64,000 bases of DNA, from positions 4,216,001 to 4,280,000 of the forward strand of contig CM035362.1 of NCBI GenBank assembly GCA_020137815.1. The letters run 5' to 3'. Shown piece by piece: positions 49,532 to 63,356 of the stretch. The stretch comes from Hormiphora californensis (taxonomy: Eukaryota > Animalia > Ctenophora). The translations under genes and the position numbers were made by a program. The first letter of the stretch is position 1, and each line of letters opens with the position of its first letter. The notes beneath the pieces are model-generated. The model did no database searches and had not been told where the DNA came from. It worked only from the letters and a program-made list of their open reading frames with translations.

Positions 49532-52500
49532 CGCTCGCTCTCTCTCTCTCTCTCTCCCTCTACCTCTCTCTCTCTCTCATCTCTCTCTCTCTCTATCCTC
49601 TCGCTCGCTCTCTCTCTCTCTCTTTTGTCTTTCTTCTGTTCTCTCTCTTCTTTGCGCGAGCGCGCCCAGTTCTTCTCTGTCCGCCTGTCCGGCGCTGTGT
49701 TTCCCCCCCCGCCCGCTCCCCCTCTGTCTGGTGTGGCGGCTTGTTTCCTCCTCTCCTTTGTGGGTTTTCCCTCCTACCCTGTGTGTGTTGTGTCCCCTGC
49801 TTTGTTTTTCCCCTCTTTCGCTTCCTCTTTTTCTCCCTCTCTCCACACTCTTCTCTTCCTCTTCTCTCATCTCTCTCTCTCTCTCCCGCTGTTCTCCCTC
49901 CATCTCCTCTTTCTTCTCTCTTTCTCTCTTTTTCTCTCTCTCTCTTTTTCCTCTCCCTCTCCCTGCTCCCCCCTGCTCATCCTTCTTCTGTGTTCTGTCT
50001 TTCTAATATGGATCTATTCTAATGGGGGCATTCTCTAACTCTTCTCTAGCGTCTCCTCTCCTTCTTCTCCTCCCCTCCCCCTCCGAGTCTCCTCCTCATT
50101 CCATCTCTCTACTCTTTGTTTTTTTTTTCCTTTCCTCTTCTCTCTCCTTTCTCCCTCTATCTCTTGGTGGGGTTTCTCGCTATTTTCGTCGGTTTTCTCG
50201 GACAGTGAAGAAGCTAACAAAAAGAAAAGTTGTAGTGTGAATATTTCATACATGCAATAATGCTTTTTGGAGACATGAAAAAGTGCTCTAAAGCAGCGCT
50301 CTGTATCGGTTTATCAAGGATTTGATTCATGCTACAAAAAAACCACTGTAACTATCAAACCACAAGAGAATCACCCCCCGAATTCCTACCCTGAGGCTCA
50401 CTAAAAAAGGGAGAAAAACTTTTTAGTAATTGAAGTCATATTATATATCAATCAGTGCTTGCTAACTACAACTACAACTAACTAAATTACCCTAATTAAC
50501 TAATTAACTAGTTACCTGAACCAACGCTGGCAGGTGATGAAACTGAGTTGTTTTGAAGAGTCCCAAGTTGTTTTTCAAACCTCGAGAAATCTGAAATAGA
50601 GATGGTGTTTTAAACATTCCAATCTCATTGCAGTGAGGAGATTCATGAGATGAGTCATGACATTTTGTTTTCTTGGCTAACGGAAATGAAGATCATATTA
50701 CAAGACAGTAATATCACCATCATTGTTCACTTACACGACCGTCAGATACAACACATTCCATAGCGACATCTCGGTGTATATTCCAAACACTTCTACACTA
50801 CTCCCTATCCTCAAAAACAAAAATTCAGTCCTGCATTATTGGATTCGTCCCATCCCAATCCCTCCTTCCACAACACTTCAAACACGTGTGTTCGCGGAGA
50901 GGACGGAGAGAGACGAGCTCGCGTCAGGCGACGTCCGCAGAGAGTCTCAGATCGAGTCTGCACTACGTCAGAGCGATACGAGTGACTCTCGAGAGAGAGA
51001 GAGCAGTTCAGAGATCGAGAGAGAGAGACGAGAGTCAGAAGGAGAGATGCTACGTCTCTGCAGAGTCAGAGATGAGAGAGCGAGTTCGACTCGCTCTCCT
51101 CTCGAGAGAGACTCAGCGACTCGATGACTAGAGAGAGAGACGAAGAGAAGGAAGAGAGAGAGGATGACTAGAGAGAGAGAGAGACGGGATAGCAAGTCGG
51201 AGAAAAAGAAACGGGATATCATCGTGAGAGAGAAAACACACCTTTATTACTAGCGGCCCTCTCCAAACTTTGGTTTGACAACCATCTCCAAAGGTTCAAC
51301 CTATTCCTTTTCTTCATCAAACACTCATTATATATCACAGTGAATCTAGACCAATCAGAACTAGTTGTTTAGGTCACGTGACCCTATCGTACTTCTCTCT
51401 CGCTCTCTGCTTTCAGCCACTTCGTCATCGGTAGCATGAATCGACAGCGGAACCCACTGCATATAGACCGGGACAGGAAACTGCCAAGGGGCGTGGCCGG
51501 ACTTGCGGACTTCGTTTCTTGACAACTAGAAGAAACAAAGGTACTGGGAAGGGAATAGCTGATGAGACAAGAACACAAGAAGTAGAACACGCGACGAAAG
51601 CTTGCTGCATTCCCTGTGAAATTTGAGAGGGGATGTTGTACAATAGAGATAGCATTCGTGGAAGTAGGGAAGAGAGAAACAGGGGAAAAGAAGGGAATTG
51701 AAATAAGGGTTTGTTATGTACTATAGAGATAGAGATAGCAGTCGTGGAAGTAGGGAAGAGAGAAACGGGGAAACAGAAGGGCATCTGTTATAAATGAGCG
51801 TCTTCGATGTCATGTCTCACCCGCCAACACCATTGGTGTGAATAATGAAACCAAACAGATATACTACCCCACCAGTCGCCTCCACAACCTCATCCAAGAA
51901 ACCCGAAGGGATTAAATAGGGTTTGTTATGTTCTACGAGCAGACACAGAGTCTAGAAGGGTTCAACAACTGAGAAACGAATGTCAAGTGGGTAAAACGAC
52001 AGGATATACATAATACGCAGAGTAAGAGAAACTAACCATCTCTCTCTCTCCTCTCTCTCTTCTCCCCTCTCCATCTATTCTCTCTCCTCTCTCTTTCTCT
52101 CTCTCCTCTCTCTCTCTCTCTCTTTCACTAAGGGTCTCTTCCCTCTCTCTCTCTCTCTCTCTCCTCTTTTTTCCTCATCTCCCCTCTTTCTATATCAAAC
52201 CCCTTTCTCATATGACCGTTCCCTGGTTCACTCATCATCCATCGGAAAAGGCGGGACCTAACTCGTGGTTATGTGAATCGAGATGCGAAATAATTGGATA
52301 AGCATTGAAAAACTCCCTAGTCTCATCTCGTATGCACCTCTCTCTCATTACTCTCATCTTCTCTCTCGTCACAACGAAACCCTTCGAATCTCTCTCTTCT
52401 CTCCTCTCTCTCCTCCTCTCCTCTCGCTCTGTGCTCTCTCTCTCTCTCCTCTCTCGTCTCTCTCTCTCTCTCTCGCTCTCTCTCTCTTCTCTCTCTCTCT

Positions 52501-55500
52501 CTCGCGTCTCTTCGCTCCTCTCCCTCTCTCTGTCTCCTCTTCTCTCTCTCCTCTTCTCTCTCTTCCTCTCTTTTTCCTTTTTCCTTTTTCTCCCCTCTCT
52601 CCTTATCTCTCCACCCTTCCCCATGTTCAGAAATCGTTTTTTAGGCTGCACATCCCTATTCATTGTACGACAATCGTATGCTATCTAGCCCTCGGTCGGG
52701 ATAACTACTATCCATCCTGAAACTACGCTGAAAGCACTTCAGTCAACCAATACTTTCGCAGTAGTCTACTCACATGGACAATCCTCCAATATTCATAATA
52801 TGATCTACTATTATATCATCAGCCTACATACTGGTACAGGCAAGAGATATGGGTTCCAAAAGACGAAGGCTACAATGAAACATCTTTATTGTTGCGTGAT
52901 AGTCTAAGGGGGGCCTATGTTATCGTCGGTGCTACTCCTTTTTATCCTTTCTCTCTTACTCACTCGTTTCCTCCCGCTTACACACTTCCTCTCACAACCA
53001 CGACCCTCTCCTCTACTCTTGTCTTGGTCTACTACCACAAGCATCGCCCTTAAACCTACGCCTTGGTCTTCGTTCTTAGACAGGGCTCGGGGGCTTTGTG
53101 ATAAAACCAATGTCTGCTCGTACATCATTCTTTTAATACAGGTCAATCTGTCTATTGCTCCTCTACGACACAAACCAACTATCACAGCGGAAAGGATACG
53201 GAGCAGTGCAAAATAGGCCAATTTCCTCTAACATTGATGCGAGCCACTCGAGGAAACAACAAAAACAAACAAACACAAAACAAACAATTAATCCACTCAA
53301 TCCCTATACAACCGGACAACAGTCTCGGTTCCCTACCAACATCTGCGGTATTCTTTCCTGTCGTGACCCTATCAAAACTGAAAATCTGGCCTCCCTCTCT
53401 CCGTAGAAATCATATTGTTTGGGCCAATGACCTCTCCCTAGACTAAAACCGTGCCTAGAAAGCGATTTAGACACTTTTCAGAGTGCTTAGATGCCACCTT
53501 TTGACAATATTTGAGAAATTAATTAGCTAATAATAACTTGATTAAGTAAAACGTAATTGCTCAGGGAGAACCATTAGAGATCCAGATTTTGATGGCAAAT
53601 GTCCGGAAATGGCATGGTTAGGGGCGGGGAATAAACATAGGCCAAATCAGAAGTTTTTGAGTGCATATCATTTAGTAGCTATACAATCTGCAAAACATAA
53701 CAAAGACAAACCAAATTTCGCACTTAGTACTAACAATGATAAATCCCATAAATATGATCATATGATAATCATACATATGTTCCAAGTGCATAGAGCGATA
53801 GTGTCAAAAGAGAAGGTAGAGATGTTTGTCGTAGAGGGCGGGAGTACGTGCTATCATATCCTAAAAATAGCCAGATTTTGACACGCGCACCCAGAAAACA
53901 GTGTTTTTAGAAGGACGGGTTGACTAAAAAAAAGCAGAACAATGCGTATTTTAGGAATCGGTATTTTACGAACAAACCAACTAACAAGGGCAGGATAGGC
54001 CAATGTTGAGGAGAGAACAAACAAACAAACAAACAAACAAACAAACAAACTAACTAACAAACAAACTAACTTACGAACTAATAAACTAACTAACAAACAA
54101 ACAAACAATGGTAACCATTGGTAACCAATGGTAACCAATGGTTACCAATGGTAACCATAGTAACATACCTTCTGGGTTGTATTTCACAAGAATCCTAACA
54201 GTTTTATCGGAGAACTTCAGTTTGCTGGCAGCAACTTCATGAGTTGCATTGGACATATCTTCCCCATTCACCTGATTAGTATCGTTAATTAATTATCAAT
54301 TAATAATCATTAATTAAGTGTGGCAAGTAGCAATTCCAATTATATATCTGGTCTTCCCTTGCTCGACCATGTTTCACCACGCCCCGCACCGGTTAGAACA
54401 ACATCCTATACCTGTAATATTTGATCACCAGGTCGAAGGCTTCCTGAAACGTCTGCCACTCCGTTGGGTAGGACATATGAAACAAAGATCCCATCACTAC
54501 ACTCTCCACCAACAATATTGAATCCCAGACCCTGGAGAAAGGGATTAGCAGTAATTAGTAGTATTTAGTTGTGATTAGTTGTAATTAGTAGTAATTAAGA
54601 GTAATTAGGAGTAGTAAGGAGTAATTAGGAGTAATTAAATGTCATAACATTTCCAAATGTGGCCATCATAGACCCCTCATAGACACACGGTAAGAAATAA
54701 TAAGTAGTAATTACTTCCTATAATTAGTAACAATTAGTAATAATTAGTAATGACCCTTTAATTACCTCAGGTCCTTTGTCAAGTGTTACAAGTCGTGGTT
54801 CTCGTGAGGGGTGCACCATGGGTGGGGCTATATCACCCGTACTGACCTGACACAGATAACAGTTCATATGTTAATTGGACAACAGAGATAATTGGGTTAA
54901 AAGTTTTCCTGATGACTGATTTAAAACCATTTACAGGCTCTACAACTTGATTTACTGGACTCTTCGGGGGCTAGGGTTTTGTTTGATCATCCAACCAGAT
55001 TGTTACATACCTCAGGCATGTTTTGTGCAATCACCAAGGTGACATTGTCTCCGGCAGATTTCAAGGCAGCAACAGCCTCATCGTGTGTCACGCTCTCAAT
55101 CGCAATACCATTCACCTGTGTATAGAAAAGGGGGTGTTACCATGGTTACCACCTGTGTTACCATGGTTACCATCTGTGTTACCATGGTTACCATGACACT
55201 GTGGGTTATCTGCAGGTTTCACTAATTCACTACAGATAATATTCTATCTAGAACTACAGGGTGTCCCACTGTCTTTGCATCACCTGTGATTTTGGGTCAT
55301 GACCGGGCTCCATTAAACTAACCAAAACTCATCGAAAAAATACTTACAAACATCATTCTATCTAGAAAGTTACTTACAGATAATATTCTATCTAGAAAGT
55401 TACTTACAGATAATATTCTATCTAGAAAGTTACTTACAGATAATATTCTATCTAGAAAGTTACTTACAGATAATATTCTATGTAGAAAGTTACTTACAGA

Positions 55501-57952
55501 TAATATTCTATCTAGAAAGTTACTTACAGATAATATTCTATGTAGAAAGTTACTTACAGATAATATTCTATCTAGAATGTTACTTACAGATAATATTCTA
55601 TCCAGAACTTGGAGGGTCCCGTCTTTATCAGCTGCCCCGTCAGGTATAATCTTTGTTATGTAAATACCTGGAAATGGGGCCAGTTAGAATACAGCCGGAC
55701 CTCGATTTACCGGGATTTACCGGGGGTATCAGAATATTATTTCACAATTAAATTGCCCTTTCGTCCATGGCATTATCCTGGAAACCTCAAGAAGAAACTT
55801 TCTACTAGACCTACCGTCATTATCAGGGATATGCCTGTTTCCCTTTCCCCCTGCAATCGAAATCCCCAGTCCCTTGTCTCCTTTGTTTAGTATAACCTCC
55901 ACTACTCTAGGGACGGGCAACTCAGCGGGCTTCTGACGTTCTATTGTTAGCAACACCTGTAATATATTGGTGTTAGTTTGCAACCAGCAACACTTATATT
56001 ATAATGTGGGCGTTAGTTTGCAACCAGCAACACCTGTAATATATGGGTGTTAGTTTGCAACACCTATATAATGTGGGCGTTAGTTTGCAACCAGCAACAC
56101 TTATATAATGTTGGTGTTAGTTAATTGGAGTGATTTAGTTGGTTTCTATATTTGTTAGTAAGTACAATATTGACTAATAGATTAATTAGTTTACCCGTTC
56201 AATTACAAAGTATGTAAATTAATTAGTTAATTAATTAGTTAATTAATTAGTTAATTAATTAGTTAATTACATACCCGTTGTGGGGATTTCTTCAACGTAT
56301 CTACTGCCTCCTCGTGTGATACATTTGACAAGTCCTTGTCCATTACTTTCACCAGGCAATCGTTTACCCTGGGATTTGTAGTTTTAATTAGTAGTTTTAA
56401 TTAGTAGTTTTAATTAGTATTATTAGTAGTATTATTAGTAGTCTTGATCATACTGTCACATATATGAATACAATCATTTACCCTACACACACAGACATTA
56501 AAAATCTTCAATTCTCATCAATCATACCAAATATGGGCATCATCTCACCCATCATACCAAATATGGGCATCAGCTCACCCATCATACCAAATATGGGCAT
56601 CATCTCACCCATCATACCAAATATGGGCATCATCTCACCCATCATACCAAATATGGGCATCATCTCACCCATCATACCAAATATGGGCATCAGCTCACCC
56701 ATCATACCAAATATGGGCATCAGCTCACCCATCATACCAAATATGGGCATCATCTCACCCATCATACCAAATATGGGCATCATCTCACGCCTCATACCAA
56801 ATATGGGCATCATCTCACCCATCATACCAAATATGGGCATCATCTCACCCATCATACCAAATATGGGCATCAGCTCACCCATCATACCAAATATGGGCAT
56901 CATCTCACCCATCATACCAAATATGGGCATCAGCTCACCCATCATACCAAATATGGGCATCAGCTCACCTTAGTCGACCGTCCACGGCGCTAACGCTGTT
57001 TGCAATGATCTTGGTAATGTATATTCTCGGGTCTCCAGGAATGTGGGGCGTATCGTAACCACCGCTGATACTGAATCCTAGTCCTGGAGTGGACGAAGTG
57101 TTAGGGGTTGTCTGTGTTAGGGGTTGTCTGGGTGTTGTTGGGGGCAACAACGGACAACCTGTTTGGGGGTTGGGACTCTAATTGTTTGGGACTCTTCACT
57201 CTAACTGACACCGGGGTTTCAGATATCAAAAAGCACACCACCACGCGACGATTGGTCACAGAGTAACACAGTAACTAACCAGTTTCCCCCTTTTCCAGTA
57301 GAATTGTTTCCGATATCATTTCCTCTATTGGGGGCGGCGGTCTGTTTTGTAGAAACTCCGCCCTGTTGAAAAAATTGATTAACTAAAATAACCAAAATAA
57401 AGAACGACTAACAATAAAAATTGCTAACATCAGTTTAAAATGCTAACACTATTTACCCGTAATTTTGTTCAGCGGGCGAGGACTGGTAGTTAAGATAACT
57501 GTTGTTATTGTTATTGGTATAGGTATTGTTGTTGTTGTTATTATTTGTGCTGTTAGTAGTGTTCAACCCAAACGACGGCTGATGGATTAGCAGGTCTTTC
57601 TGATACTCGTGAATATCTGGGAGAAATGAAATGAAACATTTCACAAGGGAAAGAGTTATTCATTAATCATGTTAATGAGATCAGGGCAAGAATTAAATAA
57701 GTAAGAAAAATACTGAGTTTGACCGGGAATTGAACCAGGGACCTTTGAAGATCGAGGGCACATTGGAAAGAACCATCATGCAGTAGCCAGCTATAACTCA
57801 CCAAGTAGAGCCCCGAATAAGTCACTCTGACACATTTCAATGACCCGCTTCAAGGAGTCCTGCAACTTTACATCACTGGAGTATGTTAGATTCTCTTTGT
57901 AACTCTGTAGGAGATCAACCATCCTGTCCACATCTTCCTTGGCAAACGACAT
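47490..57952 (-). CDS. dlg1: Discs large (Dlg1/SAP97-type) MAGUK: L27, three PDZ, SH3-HOOK, guanylate kinase; 3' end lies in poor-quality sequence
   Basis: L27 [29 protein letters not shown] (57952). PDZ1 [27 protein letters not shown]; PDZ2 [27 protein letters not shown]; PDZ3 ..[29 protein letters not shown] (about 50590); SH3 GVIPAKK (about 48930). [64 protein letters not shown] (48270-47763). Confidence 0.92.
55341..55607. repeat. 30-bp tandem repeat copying the Dlg PDZ2 exon end and donor
   Basis: Eight copies of (minus) AGAATATTATCT|gtaagta plus one degenerate copy. Confidence 0.92.
56515..56968. repeat. 30-bp tandem repeat (15 units) starting at the Dlg PDZ1 donor
   Basis: atcataccaaatatgggcatca(t/g)ctcaccc. 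Confidence 0.95.
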
Positions 57953-58862
57953 GGCTACGGGAGAAAAAATGAAAATGAACTTCAACATTTATATTAGAGT
58001 CATATAAGTGACTCTTCCCGCTCTCACACTATAGACATATACAGACATGTATTGGTTAGGGGTTGGGGCTTGGGCGAGGCAATGATGTATGGATCATGTA
58101 GCCTCAGTCCCAAATGTGATTGGAGTTGTTAATTTGGATTAACTGGTTTTGTCCATTCGTGTGAGGCTGTGATACACTCGACCCCGAGCCCGAAGGGCAA
58201 CGAGCGATCGTAGCTTTGTCGCCTTTTACAAACGCATGTGCTTTCTGATCCGCTTAGACTCTAAGCTGCAGGCTCCCCATTGCATGTACGCAATTAGTCT
58301 CTAGCCCATTCCAATTTAGAAAGTATTTTGATTTTTGCCATAAATTTTGTCCCCAAAATTCAAAAAAGGTTCTCAAAAATTTGAAAATCTCAACGATGCG
58401 AGTGAGCTTTTTTAATCGGAACGCGCGACGCGAACCAGTGCAGGTGTTAAATGCGCGGCGCAAAGTGCATCGTATTTAAATTAAAACTGCCCCGTGCGTT
58501 GGCACTCAACATTTCCGTCTACTCGCTGGAATGACAATTTAACAAATTAAAGGCACGTCTTTGTTTTGGTAATAGGGTCAAAACATCCACTTAACATCCT
58601 AAGTGGCTACTGATAGAAAACAAAATAAACACTTAAAATCAAATTTAAATACTTTCTTTTACTTTAAGTTTAAATTAAAGAAAACATCAGTTTTTATAAC
58701 GGTGGCAGGATTTTTATAAATCTTCGATTTCCAGCACTGCTGATTTCATTTTGGCAGTTACTTGTTATGTACAAACTGCTGCTGTAGGGGGTCCTAATAA
58801 CATGTTTCTCTTATATAAGCTGTGTTAAATCGGGTATTACAGACCTAATTACGTTAAATTAA

Positions 58863-61800
58863 TCACAATAAATTGTTCACTGCGTTTTCTAGTAAGAAAG
58901 TGTCTGACATTAACCGATTGCACTCCATCTGATCACACCCTGATCCCCATATAGCCACTGATTGTGTTGTCGGGTCGCACTGGCAGTAGATCCCAACTAA
59001 AGTTATCACATCCTCTTTCTCATCCGACCCGAAATAGTACCCACCAAACCTGATATAAAGGGTGTTGGAAATACACTACTTGACTAGGGGGAAGGTAGAA
59101 AATCCGTGGATGAGTGGAAACAGTACAGTTCTACTCATATGGATGAGAAGGAAACATTTATATTATAGGCTGAAAAGCTGTCAGGCCAATGCTCTGACCA
59201 CAGTTCTCGCGTATTTGAGAGAAACGAGAATGGGTCAGGCCAATGCTCTGACAGCTGAAAAGGGGGAACATTACTGACCTTGATCTTGCTTGAAGGAGCG
59301 TCTCAAATGCCGCGGTGTCTGCAACAGCCTTTATATGATCACTAATAAACACAAGACATTGCATTGCCGTTAGACTGGACATAATTCCAGTATATTGTGC
59401 GGGGGAACCAGCCGATTGTTGTGTTACTGTTGTGTTCAAACTGTTATCAAGATCCAATCCACTGACACCCGGCTGAAAGGAAGTTTTATGAAGGAGTAAT
59501 GTGTGTGTTTATGAAGGAGTACCATATGTGTTTATGAAGGAGCAATTATATAATTACCTGTTCTTGTTCAGATCCGGAACTAGTTCGTGGATTCTTCCCG
59601 CTAGCACTACTGTCCCTAGAATGGGCTGAAGCCACAAGCTGGAACCTGTAGATATCAACATTCAACAAATTATAGAGTTGTTATTGAGTGCATGGTTGAA
59701 GTGCATGGTTGGAGTGTTTATACTGAGAAAGCCGGGCCGGGTAATGGGTCTCCCCATTTCATTATGTTTATATGACACAACTAAAGTACCTTTTCTCGAC
59801 CGTTTCTCTGTGTCGTCTATCGCCTGAAGTTCAGAGAGAAGCCGCAGTTGTCCGTTTTCAGTGTACAGCGACTCCTCAAGTTCCGGTATACTGTCAGTAC
59901 TGAGAAGAGTAGGGTTAGCTGGGAGTGGCAGATTTATTCCCAGTGGGGGGGGGGACTGACTGGGTTAACAAATTAACAGAATTAAACATTTTACCTGAAT
60001 GATAGGGGATCTCTGCTGCTTCCCATTTCTCTCCTTGCAATTTGGGGTGAGGTATAATACGCTTCGTGAGGGGGTGGGGGCAGTGGGACATCGTCTATAT
60101 CCGGACCTTCTGATCCTGAGGGAGATGGGCCATCAGCATGACCCATTAGACCCCCATAATATTGGAACTTATTTTAAGTGGATTTTGTAATACAAAATCC
60201 ATTATAAAGATTTTTATCAATACCTACAACTTTTTTTGGGGTTGCTGGCTGTTAATGACACTAACATGCTATTTTAAATTTGATATAGAAACTTTCCTTG
60301 TGTTCTAATAATTAGCAGGTTTTGTTAAATTAAGGTTTGATTGCAAGAAAAGACACTGAAAAACGGAAGTAACAACAGAAAGAGTTTGTTACTTAAACAG
60401 CGACTAGCACCTCTTAAATTACCTGGAGTTGGGGGAGGTGGGACTTCAGAAATAACAGAAGAAGTATCGTCTTCTGATCTCCCATCATTCCCAAGATTTT
60501 CAACTCTAATGTCAACTTGTGAGAGGTGAATTCCATCTAAACTTTCACTCTAAAAAAGGGGGGTTGTGAGAGGTGAATTCCATCTAAACTTTCACTCTAA
60601 AAAAGGGGGGTTGTGAGAGGTAAATTCCATCCAAAATTTCACTCTACAAAAATAGAGAGGGAGGTTGTGATTGGTTGTGAATGGTTGCTAGGGGGAAAGG
60701 GTTTCTCCCGGTAAATCGGGGTTCCGGTAAATCGGGGTTTTGACTGTATCACACCATTACCTGAGTACTACTCGGTTGGGGTGACACTGAGAGGTTGTGT
60801 TGGGATGCTGAAGCCTTTGTTCCCAGTTCCGATATAATGTTATCTACATTGATACACGCCTCACTGAATACTCTTCGGTGTGTCTTTTTCTTGCCTGAAC
60901 GAGAGGAAGGCTTGTTATGGCCGGGAATCGTAGGGGGGGGGGGAAGACTTATTATTTGCCTAGCTCGACCCCCCCCCCTTTTCGCGAGCTCCGCCCTTTA
61001 CAAATGTAAAGGAGGGTTAGAACATAATACGTGCTAACCCACGGGGTGAGAGCGGGTCGAGGGCAAGTAAATGCAGCGTATTTATCAGGGAATAAAAGGC
61101 CCGGTAAGATGGCCCGATGGCTATTACAACGGGGTTACTAAAATACAAAGATAACATCATCAGCTTAACTATCATACTACCCAAATATAATATAGCCACA
61201 ACGGGGTTACTGAAATACAAAGATAATATCAGCTCACCTCGCACTATTCTAGCAGTTTGTGCCCCGCTGTGTACCAATGGATCGGATGATACAGTTGGTT
61301 TCGCTGTTTCAGGGGTCGAATCGGGAACTGCCGTACTGGGACCTGCAAAAGAGGGGATTTTATTGTCTTCTACCCTCCTTTACCATTTGTGCAGGGCACC
61401 GTGAAACAGTGTCCACCAAGGCAGTGCAGAGGAGGAATGTAATTGTCATCAACCAAATCCTCACAGGAACTAATTATAGGAACTATTCTAACTAATTATT
61501 TAATTACCTGAGTCAGATGATGACGACACCTCCACTGATCGGGACAAGGACAGCTTGGTATGCTTTATCTCCGGGAGAGGGGGTGGTGGGGAATCCGTTA
61601 CGGCCTGTGTCGAGGAACTCTCGCTCCCCGTCCTGCTTCGAGTTGAGGATCCTTTTATCTGAGAGAAGTAAGATATTAAGGCCCCATTAAGGGTACGCTA
61701 ACCAAAAATTTTTTTCGAGTGCAGGGAAATCTCTCACCGTAGGGTTGTAGGCCATGCCAAGGAGACCTCAAATATGCAATTTGAGCTCTCAAGTCGAATT

Positions 61801-63356
61801 CATATTTTTGCTACAGCTGCTTGAAAAATGAACTGAAAATAAGTTTTTGGCATCTTAAAAATACATTTGTAAAGATAGGATCATAAAAATTTGTGGATTT
61901 GAAGAGGACAAAGAGGTGAGTAGCCACAAAATTTTTTTTTGAAATCCGAGGTGATTTCCGGTCCTGAGATGGATTTCTTTTTTTCCACTTTAACGCCCTA
62001 TTTGGCAAAGTTCCGAAAACATGTGAAAGCTGTAAATTGGTGAAAAGTTGCGTCTAACGATTATCTAAGTGGCCATAAATTTTGGGCGTGTCCTTATTTG
62101 AGATAAGCTGTACAGAGTTTTTTTTGTGAAAGCCGTCATTTCAGAAATAAATAAATTCCCTGTATCTCAAAAACGACTGATCGTAGAGACCTGAGACTAT
62201 GCTTAAACGATTCAGAAGGTCCGATTTTGGGGGGGTCTTCTGAGAGACATTTTGCTCCTACTTCAACCGTTTTTGCTGTAATTGCGAAAAACAAATTCTA
62301 TGAAAAGGGCAAAAGCTAAACTCCAATATCCTGTAATTAGGGAATTTTAGCTAAGAAAGGACCGAAACTATGGAAAAGTGTGTAACAAGCTAATTCCTTC
62401 ACTATTTGGTCCATATGGGTCCCTATAATCACCAAAAACAAAATCACAAAAAATCCACGATGGCGAAGATGGGTTTTTGTTTTTCGCAATTACAGCAAAA
62501 ACGGTTGAAGTAGGAGCAAAATGTCTCTCAGAAGACCCCCCCAAAATCGGACCTTCTGAATCGTTTAAGCATAGTCTCAGGTCTCTACGATCAGTCGTTT
62601 TTGAGATACAGGGAATTAATTTATTTCTGAAATGACGGCTTTCACAAAAAAAACTCTGTACAGATTATCTCAAATAAGGACACGCCCAAAATTTATGGCC
62701 ACTTAGATAATCGTTAGACGCAACTTTTCACCAATTTACAGCTTTCACATGTTTTCGGAACTTTGCCAAATAGGGCGTTAAAGTGGAAAAAAAGAAATCC
62801 ATCTCAGGACCGGAAATCAGCTCGGATTGCGAAAAAAATTTTTGTGGTTATTCACCTTCATGTCCTCTTCAAATCCCCAAATTTTCATGCTCCTATCTTT
62901 AGAAAAAAATTTTTGAGATGCCAAAAACGTATTTACAGGACATTTTTTAAACAGCTGTAGCAAAAATATGAATTCGACTTAAGGGCTAAAATTGCATATT
63001 TGAGGTCTCCTTGGTATGGCCTACAACCCTACGGTGAGAGATTTCCCTGCACTCGAAAAAAATTTTTGGTTAGCGTACCCTTAATTCTAATTATTAATTA
63101 CAATTAGCTAATTTATTAATTTTACAAAACGGGAGAGATCGGCGTGCTATAGAATAAGAAAACCGTAATTGTTCTTTGCACTTTTACAACTACGACCAGC
63201 TCTCTTACCCCGGTAATATTGAGTGAATCCCCATCATCTCCACTTTCTCGTGGAGTCCGTGGATCACTACCCAAGTCGAGGGAGAACAAATCTCGGGAGA
63301 GAGAGTTTTCAGAGTGTCCAGATGATAGGGACGCTATCTCAGGATTCATCTGGGCC
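58863..63356 (-). CDS. Unidentified multi-exon gene, 3' part (Ser/Pro-rich exons, then a globular-looking C-terminus); 5' end not resolved
   Basis: Series of GT-AG-flanked open segments (about 63356-63210, 61660-61508, 61400-61238, 60900-60760, 60550-60423, 60115-59995, 59900-59790, 59645-59558, 59472-59279, 59049-58863), ending ..FGGYYFGSDEKEDVITLVGIYCQC..LENAVNNLL*. Confidence 0.55.
61691..63080. mobile_element. 1.39-kb non-autonomous foldback DNA transposon with TTAA TSD (Kolobok-like termini)
   Basis: TTAA|GGGTACGCTAACC...GGTTAGCGTACCC|TTAA; about 600-bp near-perfect inverted arms (61691-62295 and about 62476-63080), about 180-bp spacer, no transposase ORF. Confidence 0.88.

Noticed and set aside
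52904-53221. 105-aa ORF in a Dlg intron followed by AATAAA (nested gene?)
   Set aside because: No recognisable domain or splice structure; flanked by error-prone sequence.
56464-56973. [10 protein letters not shown] / MPIFGMMGE repeat ORFs; CRISPR-like look of the 30-bp arrays
   Set aside because: Intronic minisatellite with no unique spacers; eukaryotic context.
61811-62960. Two similar 65-aa ORFs on opposite strands
   Set aside because: Mirror images within the foldback arms; no transposase motifs.
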